Source: Myxococcota bacterium (GTDB lineage: Bacteria; Myxococcota_A; Polyangia; Nannocystales; Nannocystaceae). From it: DNA of 64,000 nucleotides. The notes under the pieces were generated by a model. It worked only from the letters and a program-made list of their open reading frames with translations. It was not told the DNA's origin and ran no database searches. The position numbers and the translations under genes are program-made. Every line of letters begins with the position of its first letter. Position 1 is the first letter of the stretch. The DNA lies in assembly GCA_039028615.1 (NCBI GenBank), contig JBCCHT010000022.1, forward strand, positions 147,026 through 211,025. Reading direction: 5' to 3'. This document shows positions 39,491-49,371 of the stretch, piece after piece.

Positions 39491-40852
39491 ATGAAGCCAT
39501 CGATCGCTCTGGCCCTCCCCCTCCTCACGCTCACCCTTGCCATCGGCGCTGCCCCGGCCTCGGCCAGTGAGCCGGTCGATCCACTGGATACGCCGGAAGG
39601 GGCGATTCCGATGGGCCCGCAGATCGGCCCCGGCCCCGGCAGCCTGGTGTCCGACGAGCGACCCCAGCACCTCGGCGACAAGATCCTGTTCGTCAACTTC
39701 GACGGCGCGGACATGAACGCCTGCGGGAACAACAACCCGCAGAACAACTGCTCGACCATCTTCAACGGCACGGTGCTGCCGTTTTCGGGCACCGACGTCC
39801 AGCAGGCGTCCATCATCCAGGTCATCCGCAAGCGGGTGCAGGACTTCGGCATCACCGTCACCAACGTGCGTCCCGCCAGCGGCGACTACGACATGGAGAT
39901 GGTGGGCAACTGGCAGGGCGCCGACCCCTCCTTTGCCGGAGTTGCGCCCAACATCGACTGCTTCGACAACGCGGGCGGCGAGACCTCGTTCACCCTCGAG
40001 GCCAGCGGCTCCGCCGACGGCATTGCGGAGATCGTGCTGCAAGAGCTCGCCCACACCTGGGGCCTCGAGCACATCGACGACCAGTCCGATCTGCTCTATC
40101 CGACCACGCAGGGCAGCAACAAGACCTTCCGCGACGAGTGCATCAAGATCGTCAGCGACACCGACCTGAACCCGAGCAACGGCATCTGCAACTCGGTGCA
40201 CACGCAGTTCTGCGACTTCGGCTGGCAGAACAGCTACCAGGAGATGCTGTACCTGTTCGGACCCTCGGTGGCCGACACCGCGCCGCCGAGCGTCTCGATC
40301 GTCAACCCCAGCAACGGGGAGAACATCGAGGGCGGTGACCTCGAGCTCATCATCTCGCTGGTCGACGATCAGACGCCGGCCGTCATCGGGGCCGAGATCG
40401 TGATCGACGGCGATGCCCTGCCCGAGCCGCTCGAGGCGGGCGGTGCCTATGCGGCCCCCGGCGAGCTCACCTTCCCCATCGAAGGCCTGCCCGACGGCAA
40501 CTACACCGTGCGCGTCGACATCGAGGACGAGTCCGACAACCCCGCGTCCGACGAGGTCAGCTTCACCGTGGTCGGCAACCCCCAGGGCGGGGGCGAAGAC
40601 GGAGGCGGAGCCGACGAGTCCGGCGGAGGTGAAGGCGCGGACGATGCCGGCGGAGGCGGAACCGGAGGCGATGCAGGCGGTGGCGACGGAGGCAACGCCG
40701 ATGGCTCCGGCGGCGACGATGCGGGCATTGCCGACCCGGGCCAGCCCACCAACGACGGCTGCGACTGCCGAACCGACGGTGGCCACGGCCCAGGCACCGC
40801 ATTGGGCCTGCTCGGCCTGCTCGGCCTGGTGATTCGCCGCCGTCGCGACTGA
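39491..40852 (+). CDS. Secreted metzincin-like protein (variant QELAHTWGLEH) with Ig-like domain and MYXO-CTERM
   Basis: Signal peptide, FVNFDG, DTAPPSVSIVNP Ig start, GCDCR...TM...RRRRD tail. Confidence 0.85.
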   Translation: MKPSIALALPLLTLTLAIGAAPASASEPVDPLDTPEGAIPMGPQIGPGPGSLVSDERPQHLGDKILFVNFDGADMNACGNNNPQNNCSTIFNGTVLPFSGTDVQQASIIQVIRKRVQDFGITVTNVRPASGDYDMEMVGNWQGADPSFAGVAPNIDCFDNAGGETSFTLEASGSADGIAEIVLQELAHTWGLEHIDDQSDLLYPTTQGSNKTFRDECIKIVSDTDLNPSNGICNSVHTQFCDFGWQNSYQEMLYLFGPSVADTAPPSVSIVNPSNGENIEGGDLELIISLVDDQTPAVIGAEIVIDGDALPEPLEAGGAYAAPGELTFPIEGLPDGNYTVRVDIEDESDNPASDEVSFTVVGNPQGGGEDGGGADESGGGEGADDAGGGGTGGDAGGGDGGNADGSGGDDAGIADPGQPTNDGCDCRTDGGHGPGTALGLLGLLGLVIRRRRD

Positions 40853-41008
40853 GCCCGCGGCCTCGTCGACCCCCGCGCCACCGCCCATCTCGGACGACGG
40901 CGGGGCGTCGTGGGCGAATATCGGCGAACGACGCCGGGACTGCCGCCGCGACGAAGCGCCCCACGGCATGGTGAGCGAGCGCGCGGCCTGCTAGCTTTTG
41001 GTGTGCCG

Positions 41009-42178
41009 ATGCTCGGCCCCTTCGCTCTGTTCCTCGCGCTGGATCCCAGCGCTGCCAACGATCTCGCGCTGCCCCTGAGCACGCCCGCCCTGCCGGCTGC
41101 GCCCCTGCGCGCCGACACGTTTCCGCGGGCCATGGGCGAGCCCGAGATCCTCTACATCAACTTCGACGGAGGGGTCCTGCAGACCGGGTGCGGCAACGAT
41201 CCGCACTACGACTGCAGCACGCTGGCCGGGCTCTTCGACGGCTACGTCGGCCCCTTCGAGGGCAACGAGACCCAGCGGATCTCCATCCTCCAGGCCACCC
41301 GCAAGGACGTCCAGGACTTCGGCGTCCGCGTGGTGCTCGATCGGCCCCCCGAGGATCAGGACTACACCATGGTCATGTACGGCGACCTCGGGCCGCAGAG
41401 CTTCGCCGGGGTCGCACCGTACATCGACTGCGAGGATCGCCGGGCGGGCGACACCAGCTTCACCCAGGGCTTCACCGGTTCGAATACCGGGTCCACCGTC
41501 ATCCTCCAGGAGGCCGCGCATACCTGGGGGCTCGAGCACGTCGACGCCGAGTTCGACATCCTCAACCCCTTCAAGGCGGCGGGGCTCAATCAGTTCTTCA
41601 ACGACGAGTGCTTCAAGATCGTCGCCAATACCGATCTCGAGCCGACCACCGGGTCCTGCAACCAGGTCCACACCCAGTTCTGCGAGACGGGCTATCAAAA
41701 CAGCTGGCAGGAGATGAACCTGCTGTTCGGGCCGGCGGTGGCCGACGTCACCGTGCCCACGCTGGAGATCACCAACCCGCTCGACGAGAGCACCTTCGTG
41801 CTGCCCACCACCATCGCGCTGCTGGGCGAGATTCAGGACGACCAGCACCCGCAGTTTTACAACCTCCAGATCTTCGACGGCGACACGATGATCTTCGACG
41901 ACACCCGGGTCGGCCTCGACCTGCTGCTCGTCAACCCGCCCGAGGGTGAGTACGACCTGCGGGTGGTCCTCGCCGACGAGGCGGGCAACGCGACCGAAGA
42001 CCGGGTGCGCTTCACCATCCTGCCCGAGGGCAGCGAGCTGCCGCCCGATCCCGACGACGAAGACGACCCCAACGAGCCCGAGCCCGCCGGATGCCGCGCG
42101 GCGGGAACCGCCGGCTCCACGTGGGCGTTGATGGGCTTGCTGCCGCTGTTGGTCGCGCGTCGACGGAGCCGCGCATGA
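41009..42178 (+). CDS. Secreted metzincin-like paralogue (variant QEAAHTWGLEH) with Ig-like domain and MYXO-CTERM-like tail
   Basis: Clear paralogy with neighbours (YINFDG, DYTMV, FAGVAP.IDC); GC...TM...RRRSRA tail. Confidence 0.85.
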   Translation: MLGPFALFLALDPSAANDLALPLSTPALPAAPLRADTFPRAMGEPEILYINFDGGVLQTGCGNDPHYDCSTLAGLFDGYVGPFEGNETQRISILQATRKDVQDFGVRVVLDRPPEDQDYTMVMYGDLGPQSFAGVAPYIDCEDRRAGDTSFTQGFTGSNTGSTVILQEAAHTWGLEHVDAEFDILNPFKAAGLNQFFNDECFKIVANTDLEPTTGSCNQVHTQFCETGYQNSWQEMNLLFGPAVADVTVPTLEITNPLDESTFVLPTTIALLGEIQDDQHPQFYNLQIFDGDTMIFDDTRVGLDLLLVNPPEGEYDLRVVLADEAGNATEDRVRFTILPEGSELPPDPDDEDDPNEPEPAGCRAAGTAGSTWALMGLLPLLVARRRSRA

Positions 42179-43416
42179 ACCCCCTGGCGCTGCTCCTGCT
42201 CGCGGCAGCGCCAGTCGAGCTCGTCATCCCCTCCGAGGGGGCTCCCGGGCCCACCGCGGACGAAGCCTCCGAGTCCGTGCCCGTCTCCCAGCGGCGGCAT
42301 CGCATGGACATGCCGCTGCCGCCTCGGCCCAGCGCGCTCACCAGCGACCCGCAGCCGACGGCCGCTCGCGAGGTCGGCACCAACACCATCGTGTTCGTGA
42401 ACTTCGATGGCGTGGAGCTGGGCTCGTGCAACCCGAGCAACAGCAAGCGCAACTGTCACTGGTACAACACGGAGAAGGCCTTCCCGCCCTTTTCCGGCAC
42501 CATCCAGACCAAGGTCTCCGTGCTGCAGGCCATGCGCCGCGACGCGGCCGACTTCGGCGTACGCATCACCGGTCAGCGGCCCCCCGACTCCGAGGACTAC
42601 ACGATGGTCATCTACGGGGGCACCGAGGCGGAGTACGGCGCCTTGGGCAGCGCCCCCGCGGGCGACTGCCTCGACCAGAACCCCAACCAGATCGCCTTTG
42701 CCCACGTCGACGGCGACCTGGTCGAGTGGATCAACGGCGGGGCGACCACCGCCCTGCACGAAGCGGCCCACAGCTGGGGCCTCGATCACATCGATACCGA
42801 GGGCACGATCATGTTCCCCTCGGGCAACAACCAGCCCACCACGTTCTTCGACGGCTGCGCGGCGGTGGTGACCGACGTCGAGCTCACCCCCGGCGCCGGC
42901 TCCTGCCCCGAGATCAACGAGCAGAACTGTGGCAGCGAAGGCTCGCAGGACCCGCGGGCCACGCTGGCCGAGCTGTTCGGCGAGCCCTACGTCGACGTGA
43001 CCCCGCCCACGGTCGAGCTGGTCGAGCCCCGCGATGGCCAGTACTTCCAGGCCCCCGCCGACTTCGACGTCATCCTCGACATCCAAGACGACCTGCACCC
43101 GCAGGTCTACGACGTCGCCTTCTGGCTGGGCGCCGATCCCAAGCCCGAGAGCAGGCCCTTCGTCGAGAACTACTTCTCGGTAGCGCAGCTGCCCGTGGGC
43201 ACCTGGGAGTTCCACGTCGAGTTCGTCGACGAGGCCGGGCACGCGGCCCGGCTCGACTTCGAGATCGAGGTCGGGGAAGACCCCCCGCCCACCCCGACCG
43301 AAGACGGCTGCTCGGGCTGCGGCGTCGCAGCGGGGCGCACGCCGGGTGTAAGCGGACGCGCGGGGCTCGTTGTCTTGCTGCTGGGGCTCGTGGCATGTCG
43401 CCGCCGCCCGCGGTAA
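42175..43416 (+). CDS. Secreted matrixin-like Zn metalloprotease (HEAAHSWGLDH) with Ig-like domain and MYXO-CTERM
   Basis: Intact HExxHxxGxxH and Met-turn (IMFP); ATGA overlap with the previous gene; GCSGC...TM...RRRPR. Confidence 0.88.
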   Translation: MNPLALLLLAAAPVELVIPSEGAPGPTADEASESVPVSQRRHRMDMPLPPRPSALTSDPQPTAAREVGTNTIVFVNFDGVELGSCNPSNSKRNCHWYNTEKAFPPFSGTIQTKVSVLQAMRRDAADFGVRITGQRPPDSEDYTMVIYGGTEAEYGALGSAPAGDCLDQNPNQIAFAHVDGDLVEWINGGATTALHEAAHSWGLDHIDTEGTIMFPSGNNQPTTFFDGCAAVVTDVELTPGAGSCPEINEQNCGSEGSQDPRATLAELFGEPYVDVTPPTVELVEPRDGQYFQAPADFDVILDIQDDLHPQVYDVAFWLGADPKPESRPFVENYFSVAQLPVGTWEFHVEFVDEAGHAARLDFEIEVGEDPPPTPTEDGCSGCGVAAGRTPGVSGRAGLVVLLLGLVACRRRPR

Positions 43417-43430
43417 GACTTCGCCCGCTC

Positions 43431-44183
43431 ATGCGCGCCACGCTTCGCTCCGTATCCCTGGGCCTGCCCGTCCTCGCCGCGCTGTCCATGGTGGCTGGCT
43501 GCCCCACCGACGCCGGCAACCCCTACGCCACCAAGGCCAAGAAGCCCCCGGCCCCTCAGGTGGGCGTCGAGGATCCTCGCGTGGTCGAGCGCGACGGCGA
43601 GCTGTACACGCAAAAGACCATCGAGCGCATCGAGGAGCGCGAGCGCGACGAGAGCAAGGAGCGCGGCCTCGGCTCGGGGCGCCCCGACGAGACCAACGGC
43701 GTGTGCCGACTCTACGCGCCCGAGCTCCCCCACCCGCAGTGCTGCAAGGCCGAGTTCGGCTTCGACGTCGAGGCCGCCCAGAAGCACTGCGACGTCGACA
43801 TCTACCTGGGCGAGTCGTTCCGCTACTCGTGCGGCTACTACTTCCACGACGACGCCGGGTACCGCTGGTTCCGCCTGAGCAAGCTGCCCGACACCGACCA
43901 GGCCAAGGCAGCCGAGCACCACGACCGCAAGCTCGTCGAGTCGCTGGGCGACAAGTACACCAAGTCCAGCCCCGTCCCCGGCGTGCCCGGAGCCTACTGG
44001 AGCCGTCACGAGCGCTTCCGCTGGGCCTTCCTGCCGGGCTGGGACAACGTGCGTCAGCTGAGCTGGGACCAGCGCTCCTGCACCGACGAGGGCATCACCG
44101 AGCTCATCAAGGAGATCATCGCGGCCAAGCCGGCCCCCGAGGGCGGCAAGCGGCTGGGCAAGATCCCCAAGGCCCGCAAGTAG
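43431..44183 (+). CDS. Hypothetical Cys-containing lipoprotein
   Basis: MRATLRS...MVAG-C lipobox; 3' part of track ORF 42426..44183. Confidence 0.75.
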   Translation: MRATLRSVSLGLPVLAALSMVAGCPTDAGNPYATKAKKPPAPQVGVEDPRVVERDGELYTQKTIERIEERERDESKERGLGSGRPDETNGVCRLYAPELPHPQCCKAEFGFDVEAAQKHCDVDIYLGESFRYSCGYYFHDDAGYRWFRLSKLPDTDQAKAAEHHDRKLVESLGDKYTKSSPVPGVPGAYWSRHERFRWAFLPGWDNVRQLSWDQRSCTDEGITELIKEIIAAKPAPEGGKRLGKIPKARK

Positions 44184-44207
44184 CTCCCGCGAGCCTCCTG
44201 AAGCAAA

Positions 44208-44242
44208 GAGCCCGAGCTGGTCACGCAGACCTGCTCGGGCTC
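44208..44242. terminator. Stem-loop between convergent genes (possible terminator)
   Basis: gagcccgagc-t-ggtc / acgca / gacc-t-gctcgggctc inverted repeat; no clear T-tract. Confidence 0.5.
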
Positions 44243-44270
44243 GACTCGTTGGGGCGAAGGATGGCCGGGT

Positions 44271-45203
44271 TCAGGCGCCGCAGGACCACTTGCCGAGGCG
44301 CTCGGCCTTGTTGCCCTCGAGCTTGATGATGGCGTCGCCCGCCCCCTCTTCGTAGATCATCCGAACCCACAGCTCGTTGGACCCGGTGCCGTCGATGTCG
44401 AGCACGCCCATGACCTCGAAGACGTCTTTGCGGGACTGCGACTTGGCCAGCAGGATGAGGTCGTCGAGGTTGCCGTCGCGGGCGAGGAACACACCGCTCC
44501 ACTTGTACTGCTCGGCCATCGTCGGGTGCGGCACGAACACGGAGTAGATGCCGTCCTTCTTGTCGTTGCCGTCGATGTCGATCTCGGCGACCTGGTGGGC
44601 GCTGACCTCTCCCTTGCCCGCCTTGGCGGTGAGCTTGGCCTTGGTGTCGTCGTCGAGGGTCACGGCCGCGGGCGCGGTGGACTCGTCGGGGACGAGCTTG
44701 ACGATCTTCAGGGCCGAGGGCGGCCATGCGCCGTAGGAGAACTCGGCTCCGCCCTTCACGCCCTCGGCGCTCAGCGCAATCTTCTTGCCCGAGCCGGCCA
44801 TGCACGCGGGCTCGGTCTTCTCTCCGACCTTCTTGTTGAAGGCCTGGTCGCCGCCGCTGACCCGGACATCCGCGCCGTCGGGCACCATGGACAGGCACTC
44901 GGTGCCCGCCTTGACCGTGCCCTTGTCCTTGTCGAAGCACGCCAGCGGGATGAGGGCGCCCTCGATCTGGAAGAACACCATGCTGGTCTCGGGCGGCACC
45001 GGGCCCTCGGCTCCGTCCTCGCCGTCGGCCACCTGAAGCGGAGCCTCGCCCTCGTCTCCGGCCGGCTCTTTCGCGTCGCCGGGCTTGGCCTTGGCGTCCG
45101 CCTTACCGGCCTTTTCGTCCTTGCCCTTGTCCTCGCCCTTGTTGCAAGCGGCGGTGAAGAGGGCCAGAGCGCCCAGAACCGGGAAGATCGCACGTGCGGT
45201 CAT
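44271..45203 (-). CDS. Hypothetical lipoprotein with DIDG Ca-binding-like loops
   Basis: FTAA-C lipobox, K/D-rich linker, DIDGNDKKD and DIDGTGSNE. Confidence 0.75.
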   Translation of the reverse strand: MTARAIFPVLGALALFTAACNKGEDKGKDEKAGKADAKAKPGDAKEPAGDEGEAPLQVADGEDGAEGPVPPETSMVFFQIEGALIPLACFDKDKGTVKAGTECLSMVPDGADVRVSGGDQAFNKKVGEKTEPACMAGSGKKIALSAEGVKGGAEFSYGAWPPSALKIVKLVPDESTAPAAVTLDDDTKAKLTAKAGKGEVSAHQVAEIDIDGNDKKDGIYSVFVPHPTMAEQYKWSGVFLARDGNLDDLILLAKSQSRKDVFEVMGVLDIDGTGSNELWVRMIYEEGAGDAIIKLEGNKAERLGKWSCGA

Positions 45204-45302
45204 GTCCGTGGGGTAACACAGCCTCTGCGACCGCGGAAAGCCCCCGCACCAAACCGGCACCGACGGGGCCGTGATGCTCGTAGCTCGGCGCTGCTCGGCC
45301 TC

Positions 45303-46538
45303 TCAGGCGACGTCTTCGAGCTCGGCGCCTCGGGCCAGGTCGTGCACCCGGCTGCGGCGGATGGCGCTGGGCGGCCGCTGGATCTCCCGCACCATGTCTC
45401 CCAGGCCCTCGAGGGTCAGCGGATACATGGGGTACACCTGCCGAATCGCGCCGATGGTGGGTGCGTCCCAGATGTGCGGGGGCTCGGGGTTGAGCCACGC
45501 GGATCGAGGGAAGCGATCGGCCAGGCGCGCCAACCACGTCAGCCCGGTGGGCCCGCGGGTGCCGTCCCACCAGTTGCCGCTCGACATCAACAGCTCGCCC
45601 GGGTGCATGTACGCGTCGCCTACCATGATGAGCCGCCAGTGCGAGTCGTAGGTACGCAGAAGCTCGTCGACGCCGATGCCCTTGGTGAAGGCCGCGTCCT
45701 CGTAGACCTTGCGGTACACGCAGTTGTGGAAGTAGTAGGGCTTGAACTCGCGGAAGCTCCCGCCGCGATGGCAGGCGGAGAAGAGCCGACCGACCAGGTG
45801 CGAGTAGGGATCCATGCTGCCGCCGACGTCCATCAGCAGCAGCACCCGCACGTCGTTCTTGCGCGGCGGTCGGGTCACGATCTCGAGGTCGCCGCAGTTG
45901 CGGGCGGTGGCGTCGACGGTCTCGTCGAGGTCGAGCTCTTCGTCGGCCCCCTTGCGCGCCATGGTTCGTAGGCGCCGCAGGGCCGCGGCGATCTGGCGGG
46001 TATCGAGCACGAGGTCGCGGCGATAGGCCCGGAAGCGGCGAGCGTCGGCCACGGCCAGGGCGCTGCGTCCACCGCCCCCGCCCATGCGCACGCCCGAGGG
46101 GTGCTGGCCCCCCGTGCCGAAGGGCGAGGTGCCGCCGCTGCCGATCCAGCGGTTGCCTCCCTCGTGGCGCTTCTTCTGCTGCTCGAGGCGCTCGAGCAGC
46201 TGGCGGCGCAGCTCGTCGATGCCCATCTCCTCGAGCGCCTTGCGGAGCTCGGGGTCGAGGTGCAGCAGCTCGCGCGGGTTCTCGAGCCATTGCGCCAGCT
46301 CTTCGCTCAGGTTGCGGAGGTCTCGCTCGACGCCGCGGAACGACTCGGCGAAGGCCTGGTCGAAGGCGTCGTAGTGGGTCTCGGTGGAGACCAACAAGCA
46401 GCGCGCCACCTGATAGAAGCCGTCGAAGCTGTCCTCGTGCAGGCCATCGCCGAGCGCCTGCATGAAGGCGAGCCAGTTGTGGGTGCTCACCGGGACGCGG
46501 TGGCTTCGCAGGTTGTAGAAGAAGTCGAGAAAGGCCAC
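45303..46538 (-). CDS. VWA-domain protein (CoxE-like MoxR partner)
   Basis: HEGGNRWIGSGGTSPFG, ELDLDETVDATARN, LLMDVGGSMD (MIDAS), YFHNC, VGDAYMHP, WLNP. Confidence 0.9.
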   Translation of the reverse strand: MAFLDFFYNLRSHRVPVSTHNWLAFMQALGDGLHEDSFDGFYQVARCLLVSTETHYDAFDQAFAESFRGVERDLRNLSEELAQWLENPRELLHLDPELRKALEEMGIDELRRQLLERLEQQKKRHEGGNRWIGSGGTSPFGTGGQHPSGVRMGGGGGRSALAVADARRFRAYRRDLVLDTRQIAAALRRLRTMARKGADEELDLDETVDATARNCGDLEIVTRPPRKNDVRVLLLMDVGGSMDPYSHLVGRLFSACHRGGSFREFKPYYFHNCVYRKVYEDAAFTKGIGVDELLRTYDSHWRLIMVGDAYMHPGELLMSSGNWWDGTRGPTGLTWLARLADRFPRSAWLNPEPPHIWDAPTIGAIRQVYPMYPLTLEGLGDMVREIQRPPSAIRRSRVHDLARGAELEDVA

Positions 46539-46719
46539 GCCGAAGGGGAGTCTACGACACCGCGACGAGCGCCGCGGCGGCGAGGTCACGAGCGCGGCAG
46601 GAGGGGGAATGGAATCCTCGACAGACCCCGTACGCCGCCGCGTACGGCCTTTTGCCGGCATTGCGCCGAACCGCCGATCGGTGGTGGCCCGGCCCCGATC
46701 GAGGAGCTAGCACGCGCAG

Positions 46720-47373
46720 ATGCCGAGCATCGCCCTGACCACATTCGCGGTGACGTTCACCACCTTCCTGCCCATGGTCGACCCCTTCGGCAACATGTCG
46801 ATCTTTGCCGTCATGACCGAGGGCATGCCCCGCGCCGCGCAACGACGCGTGGCCTACAAAGCGTGCGCCTTTGCCCTGGGCATCGTGCTCGCGTTCGGCT
46901 TCTTTGGCCAGGAGCTGCTCGAGATCTTCGGCATCACCACCAACGGCCTGAAGATCGTCGGCGGCATCATCTTCCTGATCATGGGCTACGACATGCTGCA
47001 GGCTCGGCTCGCCCGCACGAAGGTCTCCAACCCGCCCACCGCCGACGAGGTCACCGAACTCGATGACCTCGCCCTGACGCCGCTGGCCATCCCGCTGCTG
47101 GCGGGACCGGGGGCGCTCACCAACGCGGTGCTGCGGGCCGAGGCCGCCCAGGGCCCGATGGAGCTGGCCGCGTTCACGGCGGGCACGGTGGCGGTCATGG
47201 CCTTCACCTGCGCGTGCCTCATCGGCGCGGGCAAGATTGCGCAGTGGATCGGGCCGGCGGGGACCAAGGTCATCCTGCGACTGATGGGGCTCATCCTGAT
47301 GGTCATCGCGGTGGAGTCGTTCTTCGACGGGCTCACGCCCATCGTGCGCGCGATGATCCACGGCGACGTCTGA
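46720..47373 (+). CDS. marC: MarC family integral membrane protein
   Basis: VDPFGN, IVGGII, TPLAIPLLAGPGA, RLMGLIL. Confidence 0.92.
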   Translation: MPSIALTTFAVTFTTFLPMVDPFGNMSIFAVMTEGMPRAAQRRVAYKACAFALGIVLAFGFFGQELLEIFGITTNGLKIVGGIIFLIMGYDMLQARLARTKVSNPPTADEVTELDDLALTPLAIPLLAGPGALTNAVLRAEAAQGPMELAAFTAGTVAVMAFTCACLIGAGKIAQWIGPAGTKVILRLMGLILMVIAVESFFDGLTPIVRAMIHGDV

Positions 47374-47518
47374 GGCGCGAAAACGGAAAGCTGGGGCCCA
47401 CTCCCCCCGGCGGATCGGGATCGACCGGTGCGCATCCCTACGGGATGTGCGCGGCCTCGTGCGCCGACTTTTCTTTCACCCCGTTTTCGCGGGGAGCGTA
47501 TCGAGGTCGGGCAAGCCC

Positions 47519-49348
47519 ATGCGACTGCGATCCTTGCTGCCGTCCCCTACTTTGCTGTGCCCCGCCCTGGCCTGCGTGCTGGCCTCTGGCTGCTACTCCG
47601 GCCACGTCGACGCCGACTCGGACGACGAAGGGGTCGACAGCGGCGAGTCCGGTGACGACGGTGGGGACTCGGGTGAGCCGTCGGACACCTTCGAGTGCGA
47701 CCCCGCGGCGGTGCCAACTTCGTTGCCGCTGCGACGGCTGAGCAAGGTCCAGTACGAGAACACCATCCGCGACCTGCTGCGCTTCGCCTTGCCCTCCGAG
47801 GGCGACGGGGTGGCCGACGGCCTCGGCACCCTGCTGGCCGCGATTCCGAACGATGCCATCGTCGCCCCGCCGGGCCAGAACCACGGCGGCTTCGCGCGGC
47901 TCGACCAAGACGTCCACCAAGAGCACATCAACGCCGCCTACGACGTGGGTCGAGCGGTGGGCACCGCGCTGACCGAGGACCCGGCACGACTGCAGCAGGT
48001 GGTGGGTGCCTGTGCCACCGACGGCGACGCCAGCAACGACGCGGGCTGCGTCGACGACTTCATCCGCCGCTTCGGGGAGCGAGCCATGCGACGACCGGTG
48101 GAGGACGACGAGGTCGCGTTCTTCCGCGAGGTCTTCGACGGCGAGGGCGTCACCCAGGGCATGGAGCCCCAGGCCTTCGCCGACGTCATCGCAGTGATGC
48201 TGGCCTCGCCGCAGCTGATGTACCTCATCGAGCACGGCGAGGATCCGGTCGAGGGCCAGGAGGGCGCCTATGCCCTCGGGGCCTACGAGCTGGCGTCGCG
48301 ACTCTCGTATCACCTGTGGCAGTCGATGCCCGACGAAGAGCTGTTCGCGGCCGCGCGCAGCGGAGACCTGCTGACCCCCGAGGGCTACCAGGCGCAGGTC
48401 GATCGGCTCTTCGCCGACGCGCGCACGCGGGCCTCGATGGCCGAGTTCTATCGCCAGTGGCTGTGGCTCGACGACCTGCCCAGCATGGACGCCCTCGTCG
48501 GCGATCCCCGCTTCGATGCGTTCGCGGGTGACTTCGCCCCGGGGCCCGAGACCCACGAGCACATGCGGGACGAAGTGCTGGCGATGCTCGAGTACTACAC
48601 CTTCGACACTCCGGGCTCGGTCTCCGAGCTGATGTTCAGCAACCAATCCTTCGCCCGCGCCGAAGACGTGGCCGAGCTGTACGGGGTGCAGCCCTGGAGC
48701 GGCGGCGAGCCGCCGCAGCTGCCCGACGCCGAGCGCGTCGGCTTGCTGACCCGCGCTGCGCTGACCGCCTCGGGCACGGCCAATACCCGGCCGATCATGA
48801 AGGGGGTGTTCATCCGCACCGCGCTGCTGTGCCAGGACATCCCGCCGCCCCCCGACAACGCGGCCGCCAACCCGCCCGCGCCCGCGCCGAACATGAGCAC
48901 CCGCGAGGTGGTGGAGCAGCTCACCGAGCAACCGGATACGTCCTGCATGGGCTGCCACGGCGCGCTCATCAACCCGCTGGGCTTCGCCACCGAGAACTTC
49001 GACGCCCTCGGCCGCTTCCGCGACGAGCAGGTGCTCTTCGACGACGACGGCCAGGTCACCACCAGCGTGCCCATCGACACCCGGTCGGTGCCGCAGGTGA
49101 CCGCGGGTGACCACACCCCGTCCGCGGGCCCGGCCGACCTAGCCCAGCTCATCGTCGACGGCGGGCAGTTCCAGGCCTGCTTCGCACGCCAGTACCTGCG
49201 ATACACCGAGGGCCGCCCCGAGGACCCCGTCACCGACGGCTGCGCCCTGCAGGACCTCACCACCCGACTCGAAGCCGGCGCCCCGATGGCCGAGGTGCTG
49301 CGGGCCATCGCCCTGCGCCCCGAGTTCCAGCAACGCCAGATCGACTAA
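47519..49348 (+). CDS. DUF1592/DUF1588-family (PSD/PSCyt) lipoprotein with a CxxCH motif
   Basis: LRRLSKVQYENTIRDL, YELASRLSYHLWQSMPDEEL, CMGCH, NPLGFATENFDALGRFR. Confidence 0.9.
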   Translation: MRLRSLLPSPTLLCPALACVLASGCYSGHVDADSDDEGVDSGESGDDGGDSGEPSDTFECDPAAVPTSLPLRRLSKVQYENTIRDLLRFALPSEGDGVADGLGTLLAAIPNDAIVAPPGQNHGGFARLDQDVHQEHINAAYDVGRAVGTALTEDPARLQQVVGACATDGDASNDAGCVDDFIRRFGERAMRRPVEDDEVAFFREVFDGEGVTQGMEPQAFADVIAVMLASPQLMYLIEHGEDPVEGQEGAYALGAYELASRLSYHLWQSMPDEELFAAARSGDLLTPEGYQAQVDRLFADARTRASMAEFYRQWLWLDDLPSMDALVGDPRFDAFAGDFAPGPETHEHMRDEVLAMLEYYTFDTPGSVSELMFSNQSFARAEDVAELYGVQPWSGGEPPQLPDAERVGLLTRAALTASGTANTRPIMKGVFIRTALLCQDIPPPPDNAAANPPAPAPNMSTREVVEQLTEQPDTSCMGCHGALINPLGFATENFDALGRFRDEQVLFDDDGQVTTSVPIDTRSVPQVTAGDHTPSAGPADLAQLIVDGGQFQACFARQYLRYTEGRPEDPVTDGCALQDLTTRLEAGAPMAEVLRAIALRPEFQQRQID

Positions 49349-49371
49349 CGAATCCCAAGGGAGACCACGCC

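Noticed and set aside
42426..43430. 5' 335 codons of track ORF 42426..44183
   Set aside because: Arg/Pro-rich off-frame overlap with the metalloprotease; the real gene starts at ATG 43431 with a lipoprotein signal.
46541..46655. AAGGGGAGT start and a hairpin with T-run upstream of marC, suggestive of a yybP-ykoY or fluoride riboswitch
   Set aside because: Downstream conserved elements of either family are missing; the sequence is better explained as the minus-strand TAGACT -10 box of the VWA gene.
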